Of a stretch of 32,000 nucleotides of DNA, positions 20,542 to 28,678 are shown piece after piece. The notes under the pieces are model-generated. The model had not been told where the DNA came from. It did not search any database and worked only from the letters and a program-made list of their open reading frames with translations. Position numbers and translations under genes: made by a program. The DNA is taken from the NCBI RefSeq assembly GCF_017876815.1, contig NZ_JAGIOS010000001.1, forward strand, positions 3,630,001-3,662,000, given 5' to 3'. The stretch comes from Sinorhizobium meliloti. GTDB lineage: Bacteria > Pseudomonadota > Alphaproteobacteria > Rhizobiales > Rhizobiaceae. Each line of letters opens with the position of its first letter. The first letter of the stretch is position 1.

Positions 20542-21537
20542 ATGCGTCTCCGTCTTCGTATTTTCCTGAGAACCGTTCTGGCGATCACACTCGCCGGGAC
20601 CGGTGCGGGACGAGCGTTTGCGGAGGACCCCACAGACGCCTTCAAGAGCTTTCCCTCGATCTCCGGCACGCAAAAGATGCCGAAGCTTACCGGTTTCAGC
20701 CCGCTCATCACCGATCCGACGCAGGGCGGCCAACTGAAGGACGTGGAGCTCGAGGCGCTGCTGACGGATAAGGGAAAGCCGGTCCAATCGGGCCTTACCT
20801 GGCGGGTCTTCAGCCCCATTCCGGGCAGCGACGGAAAGCTGCCGCTGCTCGCGACCTCCGAGGGCGGCTCCACCGCTTTCAATCTCGTGCCCGGCGAATA
20901 TTTCGTCAACGTCGCCTTTGGCCGGGCGGGCGCGACCCGCAAGATTCGCGTGCCCGAAGACGGCCCGCTCGACAAACAGGTGCTCGTGCTCGATGCCGGG
21001 GGCGTCATGCTGAACGCCGTCTCCGGCAGCGATGTCCGCATCCCGCCGAACGAACTCAGCTTTTCGATCTTCTCTTCCGACGTGAAGGAGGATGGCGAGC
21101 GCGGCCTCGTGGTCGCCGACGTGAAACCCGGTACGGTGGTTCAACTCAATGCCGACACCTATCACGTCGTGTCGAACTACGGATCGGTGAATGCCGTCAT
21201 CCGTGCCGACATCCAGATCGAAGCCGGCAAGCTGACCGAAGCGACGATCCAGCACCGCGCCGCGAAGCTGACCCTGAAGCTCGTCTCGGAAGCCGGCGGC
21301 GAAGCCATTGCGGATACCGCCTGGTCAATCCTCACTTCCTCCGGCGACGTCGTCAGCGAGAGCGTCGGCGCTTTCCCGACCCTCGTCCTTGCCGAGGGCA
21401 GCTACACGGCGGTGGCGCGCAACAAGGACAAGATCTACCAGCGCGATTTTGCCGTGAAGGCAGGCGTCAATACCGACGTGGAAGTGCTGCTCAACGGCAA
21501 CGGCGAAGCCGACCAGGCCGCGGAAGCGCAGGACTGA
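20542..21537 (+). CDS. secreted hypothetical protein with three internal ~85-aa repeats
   Basis: It has a signal peptide (MRLRLRIFLRTVLAITLAGTGAGRAFA). Three modules share h-x-W/F-x-h-h...G-x-Y-x-V...V-x-A-G...V-x-L (LTWRVFS..GEYFVNV, LSFSIFS..DTYHVVS, TAWSILT..GSYTAVA). Confidence 0.6.
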   Translation: MRLRLRIFLRTVLAITLAGTGAGRAFAEDPTDAFKSFPSISGTQKMPKLTGFSPLITDPTQGGQLKDVELEALLTDKGKPVQSGLTWRVFSPIPGSDGKLPLLATSEGGSTAFNLVPGEYFVNVAFGRAGATRKIRVPEDGPLDKQVLVLDAGGVMLNAVSGSDVRIPPNELSFSIFSSDVKEDGERGLVVADVKPGTVVQLNADTYHVVSNYGSVNAVIRADIQIEAGKLTEATIQHRAAKLTLKLVSEAGGEAIADTAWSILTSSGDVVSESVGAFPTLVLAEGSYTAVARNKDKIYQRDFAVKAGVNTDVEVLLNGNGEADQAAEAQD

Positions 21538-21543
21538 AGCCCG

Positions 21544-21706
21544 CCCCTCATCCGCCTGCCGGCACCTTCTCCCCGCAAGCGGGGCGAAGGGACAAGCAGC
21601 GGTCGCCCGATCATCTTTCACGCCGGTTGCTGCAGCGGGACGAGCGTGCCGCTTGTCCCTTCTCCCCATCAAGATGGGGAGAAGGTGGCGGCAGCCGGAT
21701 GAGGGG
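21544..21706. repeat. convergent pair of RIME-like palindromic repeats
   Basis: 21544-21596 (+) and 21651-21706 (-) are the same unit as at 3133-3182. They sit between the convergent stops of the secreted protein and thrS. Confidence 0.85.
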
Positions 21707-21741
21707 CAGCCGCGTCATGAGCGCGCACTTACGGAAAACCG

Positions 21742-23727
21742 TTACACGCTTTTCCTGGAATTGCTCCTGCGCTTGAGGTCCGGTGCCATGGCTTCGGCGG
21801 AGAGCGAAGCAACGGCCTCGTCCAGCGACATTGCCGTCTGCCCCTGAGAACCCAGGCGACGGATGTTGACCGAGCGCTCCTCCGCTTCGCGCTTGCCGCA
21901 CACGACGATCACCGGAACCTTCGTTACCGAATGCTCGCGGACCTTGTAGTTGATCTTCTCGTTGCGGAAATCGGTCTCGACCGTCAGCCCCGCATCACGC
22001 AAGCGTTCGGCGACTTCGCGGCCATAGTCGTCCGCTTCCGAGGTAATCGTTGCGACCACCACCTGCAGCGGCGATATCCAAAGCGGCATATGGCCGGCAT
22101 AGTTCTCCAGCAGAATGCCGAGGAAACGCTCCATCGAACCGCAAATGGCACGGTGGATCATCACCGGCTGACGCTTCTCGGATTCGCTGTCGATGTAGAA
22201 GGCGCCGAAACGCTCCGGCAGGTTGAAGTCGACCTGCGTCGTTCCGCACTGCCATTCGCGGCCGATCGCGTCCTTCAGCGTATATTCGAACTTCGGACCG
22301 TAGAATGCGCCCTCGCCCGGCAGGATGCCGGTCTTGATGCGGCCTTCGGACTGCTCCTCGATCGTCTGCAGGACTTCCGTCATCACGGCTTCGGCGCGAT
22401 CCCAAAGCTCATCGGAGCCCACACGCTTTTCCGGCCGCGTCGACAGCTTCACGACGATTTCCTTGAAGCCGAAGTCCTCGTAGACGGAAAGGATCAGGTC
22501 GTTGATCTTCAGGCATTCGGCCGCCATCTGCTCGTCGGTGCAGAAGATGTGCGCATCGTCCTGCGTGAAGCCGCGGACGCGCATGAGGCCATGCAGCGCG
22601 CCGGAGGGTTCATACCGGTGGACTGCGCCGAATTCCGCCAGCCGAACGGGCAGTTCGCGGTAAGACTTCAGACCATGCTTGAAGATCTGGATATGCCCGG
22701 GGCAATTCATCGGCTTCAGCGCGAAGACGCGATCATCGTCCGTATCGTCGCCGGCGACAGTCACCTTGAACATGTTGTCGCGATACCAGCCCCAGTGACC
22801 GGAGGTCTCCCAGAGCGACTTGTCGAGGACCTGGGGAGCATTGACCTCCTGGTAATCGCCTTCGAGCCGGCGGCGCATATAGGCGACGAGACTCTGGAAG
22901 ATCCGCCAGCCCTTTCCGTGCCAGAAGACCACGCCAGGCCCTTCCTCCTGGAAGTGGAAGAGGTCCATCTCGCGGCCGAGCCGGCGATGGTCGCGCTTCT
23001 CGGCTTCGGCGAGCACGTGCAGATACTGATCCAGTTCCTCCTGCGTGTGCCACGCAGTGCCGTAGATGCGCGTCAGCATCGGATTGTTGCTGTCGCCGCG
23101 CCAATAGGCGCCCGCCACCTTCATCAGCTTGAAGGCCGTACCGATCTGGCCTGTCGAGGCCATGTGCGGCCCGCGGCAGAGATCGAACCAGTCGCCCTGG
23201 TAATAGATCTTCAGGTCCTGGCCCTCGGGGATGGTGTCGACGAGCTCCACCTTGTAGTTCTCGCCCTTGGCGGCAAAGACCTCCTTGGCCCTGTCGCGTG
23301 ACCAGACCTCCTTGGTGAAGGGCTTGTTGCGGGCAATGATCTCCCGCATCTTCTTCTCGATGACGGGCAGGTCGTCCGGCGTGAAGGGCTCGTTCTTGGC
23401 GAAATCGTAATAGAAGCCGTTGTCGATGACCGGACCGATGGTCACCTGCGTTCCCGGCCACAATTCCTGCACGGCCTCCGCCATGACATGGGCCGCGTCG
23501 TGGCGGATGAGCTCGAGCGCGCGCTTGTCTTCGCGCGTGACGATCTCGATCCTGCCTTCCGTCACGGCATCCGAGAGATCGCGCAGTTCGCCGCCAATGG
23601 CGATCGCGACGGCCTTCTTGGCGAGCGACTTCGAGATCGATTCCGCGACGTCGCGACCGGTCGTGCCGGCGGCGAATTCTCGAACGGAGCCATCAGGAAA
23701 TGTAAGGGAAACGGATTGCGACATCAT
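21742..23727 (-). CDS. thrS: threonine--tRNA ligase
   Basis: 661 aa with a TGS domain ([13 protein letters not shown]), an editing domain ([11 protein letters not shown]) and a class II core ([28 protein letters not shown]). There are two tandem ATGs; AGGAGA spacing favours the second (23724). Confidence 0.96.
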   Translation of the reverse strand: MMSQSVSLTFPDGSVREFAAGTTGRDVAESISKSLAKKAVAIAIGGELRDLSDAVTEGRIEIVTREDKRALELIRHDAAHVMAEAVQELWPGTQVTIGPVIDNGFYYDFAKNEPFTPDDLPVIEKKMREIIARNKPFTKEVWSRDRAKEVFAAKGENYKVELVDTIPEGQDLKIYYQGDWFDLCRGPHMASTGQIGTAFKLMKVAGAYWRGDSNNPMLTRIYGTAWHTQEELDQYLHVLAEAEKRDHRRLGREMDLFHFQEEGPGVVFWHGKGWRIFQSLVAYMRRRLEGDYQEVNAPQVLDKSLWETSGHWGWYRDNMFKVTVAGDDTDDDRVFALKPMNCPGHIQIFKHGLKSYRELPVRLAEFGAVHRYEPSGALHGLMRVRGFTQDDAHIFCTDEQMAAECLKINDLILSVYEDFGFKEIVVKLSTRPEKRVGSDELWDRAEAVMTEVLQTIEEQSEGRIKTGILPGEGAFYGPKFEYTLKDAIGREWQCGTTQVDFNLPERFGAFYIDSESEKRQPVMIHRAICGSMERFLGILLENYAGHMPLWISPLQVVVATITSEADDYGREVAERLRDAGLTVETDFRNEKINYKVREHSVTKVPVIVVCGKREAEERSVNIRRLGSQGQTAMSLDEAVASLSAEAMAPDLKRRSNSRKSV

Positions 23728-23742
23728 GATCTCCTATCCAGT

Positions 23743-23760
23743 CCCGCCAACGAATGCGGG
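23743..23760 (-). promoter_or_regulatory. hairpin in the thrS leader with CGU in its loop
   Basis: Minus-strand RNA is CCCGC-AUUCGUUG-GCGGG (5-bp stem, 8-nt loop). It lies 7 nt upstream of the AGGAG SD of thrS. Confidence 0.3.
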
Positions 23761-23835
23761 TGGTATGGTTTGCCGGCCGGGGCCGGTTCGCGGGCCTGAT
23801 AAAGCTTTTTCACCGTGGAGTAAAGGCGCGGCCGC

Positions 23836-24375
23836 TCAACCGGCAACCATTCCACGCAGTCCCTTCACCGTATTCCAGTTGCGCACCGTCCCGATGCCGA
23901 GCCGCTTGGTCGTTAGCGCCCCGAGCAGCTTCGATTCGCTCGCCTTGCCGGCAAAATCGACCCAGAGATCGCCGTCCACTATGGCCACGCGCTCGCCCCT
24001 GGAGCAATAGCCGAGCAGTTTTTCCCGCATGTCGACCTCGAGAGGCAAGCGCATCACCCGCACGTGGACGCTCGCAGGGTCCCTTTCGCTTTCCGCGAGA
24101 AAAGGGTTGCCTGCAGCAAGTCTCGACCAGTCCTCCGCGGAACGAACGATGATGTCGACGTGACGGCCGAAGGTCTTCTCGAAAGCCTTTTCGAGTTCGG
24201 CCTCCAATTCCGCGAGGGGCTTTTCCGGCGCCTCGAACAGGAGATTGCCCGTGGCGACAAGCGTGCGCGGCGCCCTGCAGCCGAGCGCTTCGGCCATCGC
24301 CTTCAAGTCGGCCATTACGACGCGCCGGCCGTCGCCGAGAACGATGCTGTGGAGCAAGGCGACGTAAGCCTTCAT
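23836..24375 (-). CDS. DUF1697 domain-containing protein
   Basis: 179 aa from MKAYVALLHSIVLGDGRRVVMADLKAMAEALG...ATGNLLF, matching the DUF1697 N-terminal pattern. The track ORF to 24588 is an extension. Confidence 0.7.
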   Translation of the reverse strand: MKAYVALLHSIVLGDGRRVVMADLKAMAEALGCRAPRTLVATGNLLFEAPEKPLAELEAELEKAFEKTFGRHVDIIVRSAEDWSRLAAGNPFLAESERDPASVHVRVMRLPLEVDMREKLLGYCSRGERVAIVDGDLWVDFAGKASESKLLGALTTKRLGIGTVRNWNTVKGLRGMVAG

Positions 24376-24809
24376 TCGCTCGAAGCCCGCCAGAAATCGA
24401 CTGCCCCCGCCGGCAGCCGTGCAAGCACACGATCGAGCAGGGTTTTGTCGACATTCCGCCGCAAAGCCGCGGCTACATCTGCAATCGCCGTTTCCGGAGA
24501 GACGTTGTGGTTGCCGCGGAAGGCCTGCACCTCGCGCGTCATCGCCCGGCGCTCGGAGAAGGGGAGCGTCGGCTCCTCCAGATCCCAATCGGCGACGAAG
24601 ATCGCACGAAGGACCGGCGGCAGCGCATTGGCGAAAAGCAGGGCGGCGGAAATTTCGAGGCGGCGGCGGAAAGTGTAAAGCACCGCCTGCACCATCGTAT
24701 AGGCCTGATTGGTTGTCTGAAGAGCGGCGATATCGCGCGCATCGACGATGAACCGGTCGAAATCCGCAGAGGCCTGCCGGTACTCCATCGGAATGGTCAC
24801 GGCTCTCAT
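24372..24809 (-). CDS. DUF2267 domain-containing protein
   Basis: 145 aa from MRAVTIPMEYRQASADFDRFIVDARD...AVLYTFRRRL...LPPVLRAIFVADW, a two-repeat DUF2267-like pattern. Its stop overlaps the DUF1697 start by 4 nt. Confidence 0.6.
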   Translation of the reverse strand: MRAVTIPMEYRQASADFDRFIVDARDIAALQTTNQAYTMVQAVLYTFRRRLEISAALLFANALPPVLRAIFVADWDLEEPTLPFSERRAMTREVQAFRGNHNVSPETAIADVAAALRRNVDKTLLDRVLARLPAGAVDFWRASSE

Positions 24810-25180
24810 GCGTCCTTTCGGCGTCGCTGCCAGTAGCGCCATGGCGTGTACCAGCGCTGGCGCGGTGCGAGGCTGTCCGGCACCGGATCGAATCCGTGGG
24901 TTCCGCCCGGGCCGCAGCGGATGACCCGGAACAAGGTCAGCCACCCGCCGGCCCAGAGGCCGTACCGGGCGATCGCCTCGAAGCCGTATTCCGAACAGGT
25001 CGGCAGGTGCCGGCAGGAATTGCCGATGAAGCTCGACAGCGTCAGTTGATAGGCGCGGATCAGGGCCATGCCGACGAGCCGTCCCGGCGTCTTGCGGAAC
25101 GGCCCGGACCAATTCCGCCCTCCGGCGGCACCGGTATCGCCGCGGGTGATTGCATGATCGGCATGGGGCTGAGGGCACAT
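24806..25180 (-). CDS. yidD: membrane protein insertion efficiency factor YidD
   Basis: It has the core LIRAYQLTLSSFIGNSCRHLPTCSEYGFEAIARYGLWAGGWLTLFRVIRCGPGGTHGFDPVP. The N-terminal extension of about 37 aa is uncertain. Its stop overlaps the DUF2267 start by 4 nt. Confidence 0.85.
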   Translation of the reverse strand: MCPQPHADHAITRGDTGAAGGRNWSGPFRKTPGRLVGMALIRAYQLTLSSFIGNSCRHLPTCSEYGFEAIARYGLWAGGWLTLFRVIRCGPGGTHGFDPVPDSLAPRQRWYTPWRYWQRRRKDA

Positions 25181-25183
25181 GGC

Positions 25184-25630
25184 TCAGACGGCCGCAGCGA
25201 GGCGCCTCGCCTCGATCTGCCCGATGGCATCGACGACGGCATCGAAAGTCAGCATCGTCGAGGCATGGCGCGCCTTGTAGTCCTTGACGGGCTTCAGAAA
25301 GCGCATGTCCTCGAAACGGTCCGACGGGCCCTCCCCATCGGCCTTCAGCATGGCCAGCATATCCTCGCGGGCCTGCCGGATCTCGTCCGCATGGGCCCCT
25401 ACGACATGCCGCGCCATGATGGATGAAGATGCCTGGCCGAGCGCGCAAGCCTTGACGTCATGGGAGAAGTCGCTGACGACGTCGCCGTCCATCTTCAGCC
25501 AGATTCTCACCTTCGAGCCGCAGAGCTTGGAATGCGCGGCGGCTTCGGCGTCGGCGTCGGCCAACATTCCGAGGCGCGGAATATTGCCTGCGAATTCGAG
25601 AATTCTGCTGTTGTAAATGTCGTCGATCAT
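25184..25630 (-). CDS. IscU/NifU-N-like iron-sulfur scaffold homologue (two-Cys variant)
   Basis: 148 aa with YNSRILEFAGN, SKLCGSKV, DVKACALGQAS. The position of the third IscU cysteine reads ARHAST, and the protein has only 2 Cys. Its stop is 3 nt before the yidD ATG. Confidence 0.7.
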   Translation of the reverse strand: MIDDIYNSRILEFAGNIPRLGMLADADAEAAAHSKLCGSKVRIWLKMDGDVVSDFSHDVKACALGQASSSIMARHVVGAHADEIRQAREDMLAMLKADGEGPSDRFEDMRFLKPVKDYKARHASTMLTFDAVVDAIGQIEARRLAAAV

Positions 25631-25724
25631 TTAGGAATCCGGTGGATTTTTCGCGGTTTCTGACGTTCGGCGCATGATTTTCCCCAGGGGGCGGGAAAAA
25701 AGCAAGGCGTGGCGCATTCGGGCT

Positions 25725-25752
25725 CTTTTATCCATGTGGCACCATACTATAT
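25725..25752 (+). promoter_or_regulatory. candidate sigma70 promoter for folE
   Basis: CTTTTA-N16-CTATAT. The -10 equals the rhizobial consensus CTATAT and the -35 is weak. It predicts a TSS near 25758-25761. Confidence 0.35.
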
Positions 25753-25757
25753 GCTAT

Positions 25758-25968
25758 GTCGTGTTGGGGTGACAGTTCCGCAAGGGGATCAAATGTCGCC
25801 TGTTGTTTGGGAAACCGTGCCGGACGGTCCAGTGCACTGCTAAGCCGAGACCCGAAAGCCCCGGAACCCGCCAACGGAACCCAAGCCTGCAGGGTTAGGC
25901 GTATGGCCAATGGCGAGTTGTCCGAAAAGATAAAACGTCAGCAATTTCGTATTGCTTGAAGGGGCCAT
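25758..25968 (+). promoter_or_regulatory. long structured 5' leader of folE (unclassified)
   Basis: An 8-bp helix pairs 25767-25774 with 25794-25801 and encloses a GCAA (GNRA) capped stem at 25776-25788. A 7-bp long-range helix pairs 25805-25811 with 25880-25886. A small hairpin GCAAT-TTCGT-ATTGC lies just before the RBS GAAGGGG. Confidence 0.3.
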
Positions 25969-26583
25969 ATGGACGCCATAGTGAAGAATTTTCCTGTGCT
26001 CGACGACACAGGTCGTCCGACGCAGAAGGAAGCCGAAGAAGCCGTTCGCGTCTTGTTGCGCTGGGCAGGTGAAGATCCGGCACGAGAAGGCCTGAAGGAC
26101 ACGCCTGCGCGTGTCGCCAAGGCGTATCGGGAAATTTTCGGCGGCTACGATCTCGTGGCGGAAGACGTGCTCGGACGAACCTTCGAGGAAGTCTCAGGCT
26201 ACGACGATATCGTGCTCGAAAAGGACATCCCCTTCTATTCGCATTGCGAGCACCACATGGTGCCGATCATCGGCAAGGCCCATATCGCCTATCTGCCGAA
26301 CGGCCGCGTGCTCGGCCTTTCCAAGATCGCCCGGGTCGTCGATATCTACGCCCGTCGCCTGCAGACGCAGGAAGCGATGACGGCGCAGATCGCAAAGGCC
26401 ATCGACGAGACCCTCATGCCGCGGGGCGTGGCGGTGATGATCGAGGCCGAGCACCTGTGCATGGCGATGCGCGGTATCAAGAAGCAGGGCGCGACGACGC
26501 TGACGACCACCTTCACCGGTGCGTTCAAGAGCGAGCCGGCCGAACAGGTCCGCTTCATGACGATGCTCAGGGGCTTCAAGTAA
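25969..26583 (+). CDS. folE: GTP cyclohydrolase I (FolE type 1)
   Basis: 204 aa with [25 protein letters not shown], QERLTxQ-like [13 protein letters not shown]. Confidence 0.95.
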   Translation: MDAIVKNFPVLDDTGRPTQKEAEEAVRVLLRWAGEDPAREGLKDTPARVAKAYREIFGGYDLVAEDVLGRTFEEVSGYDDIVLEKDIPFYSHCEHHMVPIIGKAHIAYLPNGRVLGLSKIARVVDIYARRLQTQEAMTAQIAKAIDETLMPRGVAVMIEAEHLCMAMRGIKKQGATTLTTTFTGAFKSEPAEQVRFMTMLRGFK

Positions 26584-26605
26584 GCTCCGCCACCGCATGT
26601 TGAAA

Positions 26606-26671
26606 CGCATGCAGCAACCCCCAAGTGCTACAGCGGCCTCGCGCGTCTGATCAAGACGCGCGGCGCTGTAG
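26606..26671. repeat. palindromic intergenic element, CTACAGCG...CGCTGTAG family (copy 1)
   Basis: The sequence is CGCATGCAGCAACCCCCAAGTG-CTACAGCG-GCCT-CGCGCGTCT-GATCA-AGACGCGCG-G-CGCTGTAG, an 8 + 9 bp nested stem at 26628-26671. It ends 2 nt before the hisI RBS GGAG. Confidence 0.8.
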
Positions 26672-26684
26672 TGGAGCTCAGACG

Positions 26685-27137
26685 ATGACGCTCACTTTTG
26701 CATCCCCCCCGCAGGACAAGGCCGAACTGGAAAGCGGCCCGGCCTTCACTCCGCGTTTCGACGAGAAGGGTCTGATCACGGCCGTCGTGACCGATGCCCG
26801 CGATGGCGAATTGCTGATGGTCGCGCATATGAACGCCGAAGCGCTGTCCCTCACGCTCGAGACCGGATTCGCGCATTACTACAGCCGCTCACGCGACCGC
26901 CTCTGGAAGAAGGGCGAAAGCTCGGGCAATTTGCAGACCGTCCGGGAAATACGAACCGATTGCGACCAGGACGCCGTCTGGTTGAAAGTCTCGGTGGCCG
27001 GCCACGATGCCACCTGCCATACCGGGCGCCGCTCGTGCTTCTATCGGACGGTCGGCGTCGCCGATGGCGAAGCAAAAGTGGCGATCACCGACGACCACAG
27101 GCATTTCGATCCGGCGCAGATCTACGCCGGCAACTGA
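26685..27137 (+). CDS. hisI: phosphoribosyl-AMP cyclohydrolase
   Basis: 150 aa from MTLTFASPP (GGAG RBS), with [49 protein letters not shown]. The track start at 26625 lies inside the repeat. Confidence 0.92.
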
Positions 27138-27151
27138 GCATCTGCTTTTTT
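27116..27151 (+). terminator. weak terminator candidate at the hisI stop
   Basis: GCAGAT (27116-27121) pairs with ATCTGC (27140-27145) across an 18-nt loop, followed by TTTTTT (27146-27151). The stem is short, so support is weak. Confidence 0.3.
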
Positions 27152-27483
27152 CTGGTTCGCCTGGTTGATATATTCATCTTTTGGCAACCAAACGGGCATC
27201 TAATCATTAATCTTGTAAGTGGTTCCCGCGGTAACGGCGGAGCACCAAAATGTGTTGCAGGCTGTATCCAATGTTTATCGGGCGGGCCGCATTTGTAGCC
27301 GGTTCAGTGCTATATCTCGATCATGGTGTCAGTCTTTCAGCGACCAAATGTGAGGCCGGCACCGGCATGTTTCGATGGCCGAATCGCTTCGGTTCAAGGA
27401 ATATTCGGTAGTAGGGCTCGGCAGGGCTTCCTGCAGGGCCGTGTGCTGGAAGCTAATCTATTCGGCGGTGTCGGAGGTGCCGG

Positions 27484-28449
27484 ATGCTGAACTGGACATT
27501 CACGCGTAACAGTCAGATTGCCGATCTTTCCGGCGCGAACGGGTCGTCGATCACGACCACTCCTCCAGCACTACCCATTTCCCAATCCGTGAAACCCAGG
27601 ATTGCGCTGGCGCTCGGCGGCGGTGCTGCGCGGGGCTGGGCCCATATCGGTGTCCTGAAAGCCCTCGACGAGGAGGGTATCGAAGTCGGAATGATTGCGG
27701 GCACATCGATCGGTGCGCTGGTGGGCGGCTGTTACCTCGCCGGCAAGCTCGATGAATTGGAGGCTTTCGCCCGCTCGCTTACCGTGCGCCGCATTGCCGG
27801 CTTGCTCGATTTCGCGATCGGCGGCGGTGGCCTCTTCGGCGGTCTGCGGCTCACCAAGCGGATGCAGGAACATCTGCAGAACCTCAGTATCGAGGATCTC
27901 GACCGGCCCTTCGTGGCCGTCGCCACGGAGGTCTACAGCGGTCACGAGGTATGGATCGAGAAAGGATCCCTTATTACCGCCATTCGCGCATCTTACGCCT
28001 TGCCTGGCATTTTCGAGCCCGTCAACGCCAATGGCCGGACTCTCATCGACGGCGCGCTGGTCAACCCCGTTCCCGTTTCGGTCTGCCGCGCACATGAGCA
28101 GTTGCACGTCGTCGCCGTCAACCTGAACTACGATGTCTACGGGCGCTCGGCGGTGGTCAAGCACAGCGCCGGCATGGAAACGCCCGATGCGCCGGCAACG
28201 GAGGCAAACCGCTTTTCAGCACGGCTCGGCATGACCAGCGTCATGGTCCAGGCCTTCAACATCATTCAGGACCGCATTTCGCGCGCCCGGCTGGCTGGCG
28301 ATCCGCCGGATCTGTCTCTCCACCCGAAGCTGAACGATATCGGACTTTCGGAATTCCACCGCGCGGGCGAAGCGATCGAGCGCGGCTATCAGGAAGCCAA
28401 GATCAAGCTTTCGGAAATCCGGCGCATGCAGGAACCGCTGTCCCGTTGA
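27484..28449 (+). CDS. patatin-like phospholipase (RssA-like)
   Basis: 321 aa with the oxyanion GGGAARGWAHIG, the nucleophile GTSIGALVG, and the catalytic Asp in IDGALVNPVP. Confidence 0.88.
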   Translation: MLNWTFTRNSQIADLSGANGSSITTTPPALPISQSVKPRIALALGGGAARGWAHIGVLKALDEEGIEVGMIAGTSIGALVGGCYLAGKLDELEAFARSLTVRRIAGLLDFAIGGGGLFGGLRLTKRMQEHLQNLSIEDLDRPFVAVATEVYSGHEVWIEKGSLITAIRASYALPGIFEPVNANGRTLIDGALVNPVPVSVCRAHEQLHVVAVNLNYDVYGRSAVVKHSAGMETPDAPATEANRFSARLGMTSVMVQAFNIIQDRISRARLAGDPPDLSLHPKLNDIGLSEFHRAGEAIERGYQEAKIKLSEIRRMQEPLSR

Positions 28450-28534
28450 ACGGCTGGGAGAATTCGCGGATCGGCCCAAGTGTTCCAAGGCCCGTTGAGA
28501 TCCGGACACCCGGCGCCGCTTGTTTGATTTCCTC

Positions 28535-28642
28535 ATTCCTGTGCTTGTCACAGGAATCCAGCCAGACCAAGTCCTTGGGCTGAAAGAATGCTCCCGCGCC
28601 GCAGACGCGGCGCTGCTGGATCCCTGTGACGAGCACAGGGAT
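28535..28642. repeat. twin-hairpin palindromic element
   Basis: ATTCCTGTG-CTTGT-CACAGGAAT (28535-28557) and ATCCCTGTG-ACGAG-CACAGGGAT (28620-28642) lie in direct orientation. They flank GCGCCGC-AGAC-GCGGCGC (28596-28613). Reading frames give the recurrent ...LDSCDKHRNE... pseudo-peptide. Confidence 0.75.
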
Positions 28643-28678
28643 GAGGTAGAGGAGAGATTGCAGTCCTCCGAAAAGTTC

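Noticed and set aside
21931-23301. 456-aa plus-strand ORF inside thrS
   Set aside because: It is antisense to threonyl-tRNA synthetase, its composition is dominated by Arg, Leu, Ala and Asp, and it has no motifs.
25688-25703. Hairpin TTTTCCC-CAGGGGGC-GGGAAAA in the iscU-like/folE divergent region as a terminator
   Set aside because: No U-tract follows it on either strand, and it lies in a promoter region between divergent starts. It more likely overlaps the promoter of the iscU-like operon (TTGCTT-N17-GAAAAT on the minus strand), which is itself only weakly supported.
25758-25968. Assigning the folE leader to a named riboswitch class (THF-II/folE motif, ZTP, preQ1-I, cobalamin)
   Set aside because: By eye I find no match to the conserved cores I remember (for example the ZTP CCGCCUGGGC-type element, the preQ1 CCC...UAAAAAACUA tail, or the B12 box GCCACUG). 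A partial resemblance, GGGAAACCGUGCC..GUCCAGUGCACUG, is too weak. I leave it as an unclassified candidate pending a covariance-model scan.
27182-27199. Sigma-54-like TGGCAA-N..-GGGCA upstream of patatin
   Set aside because: The GG-to-GC spacing is off by one, and the -12 element is GGGCA rather than TTGC. It is not a credible RpoN promoter.
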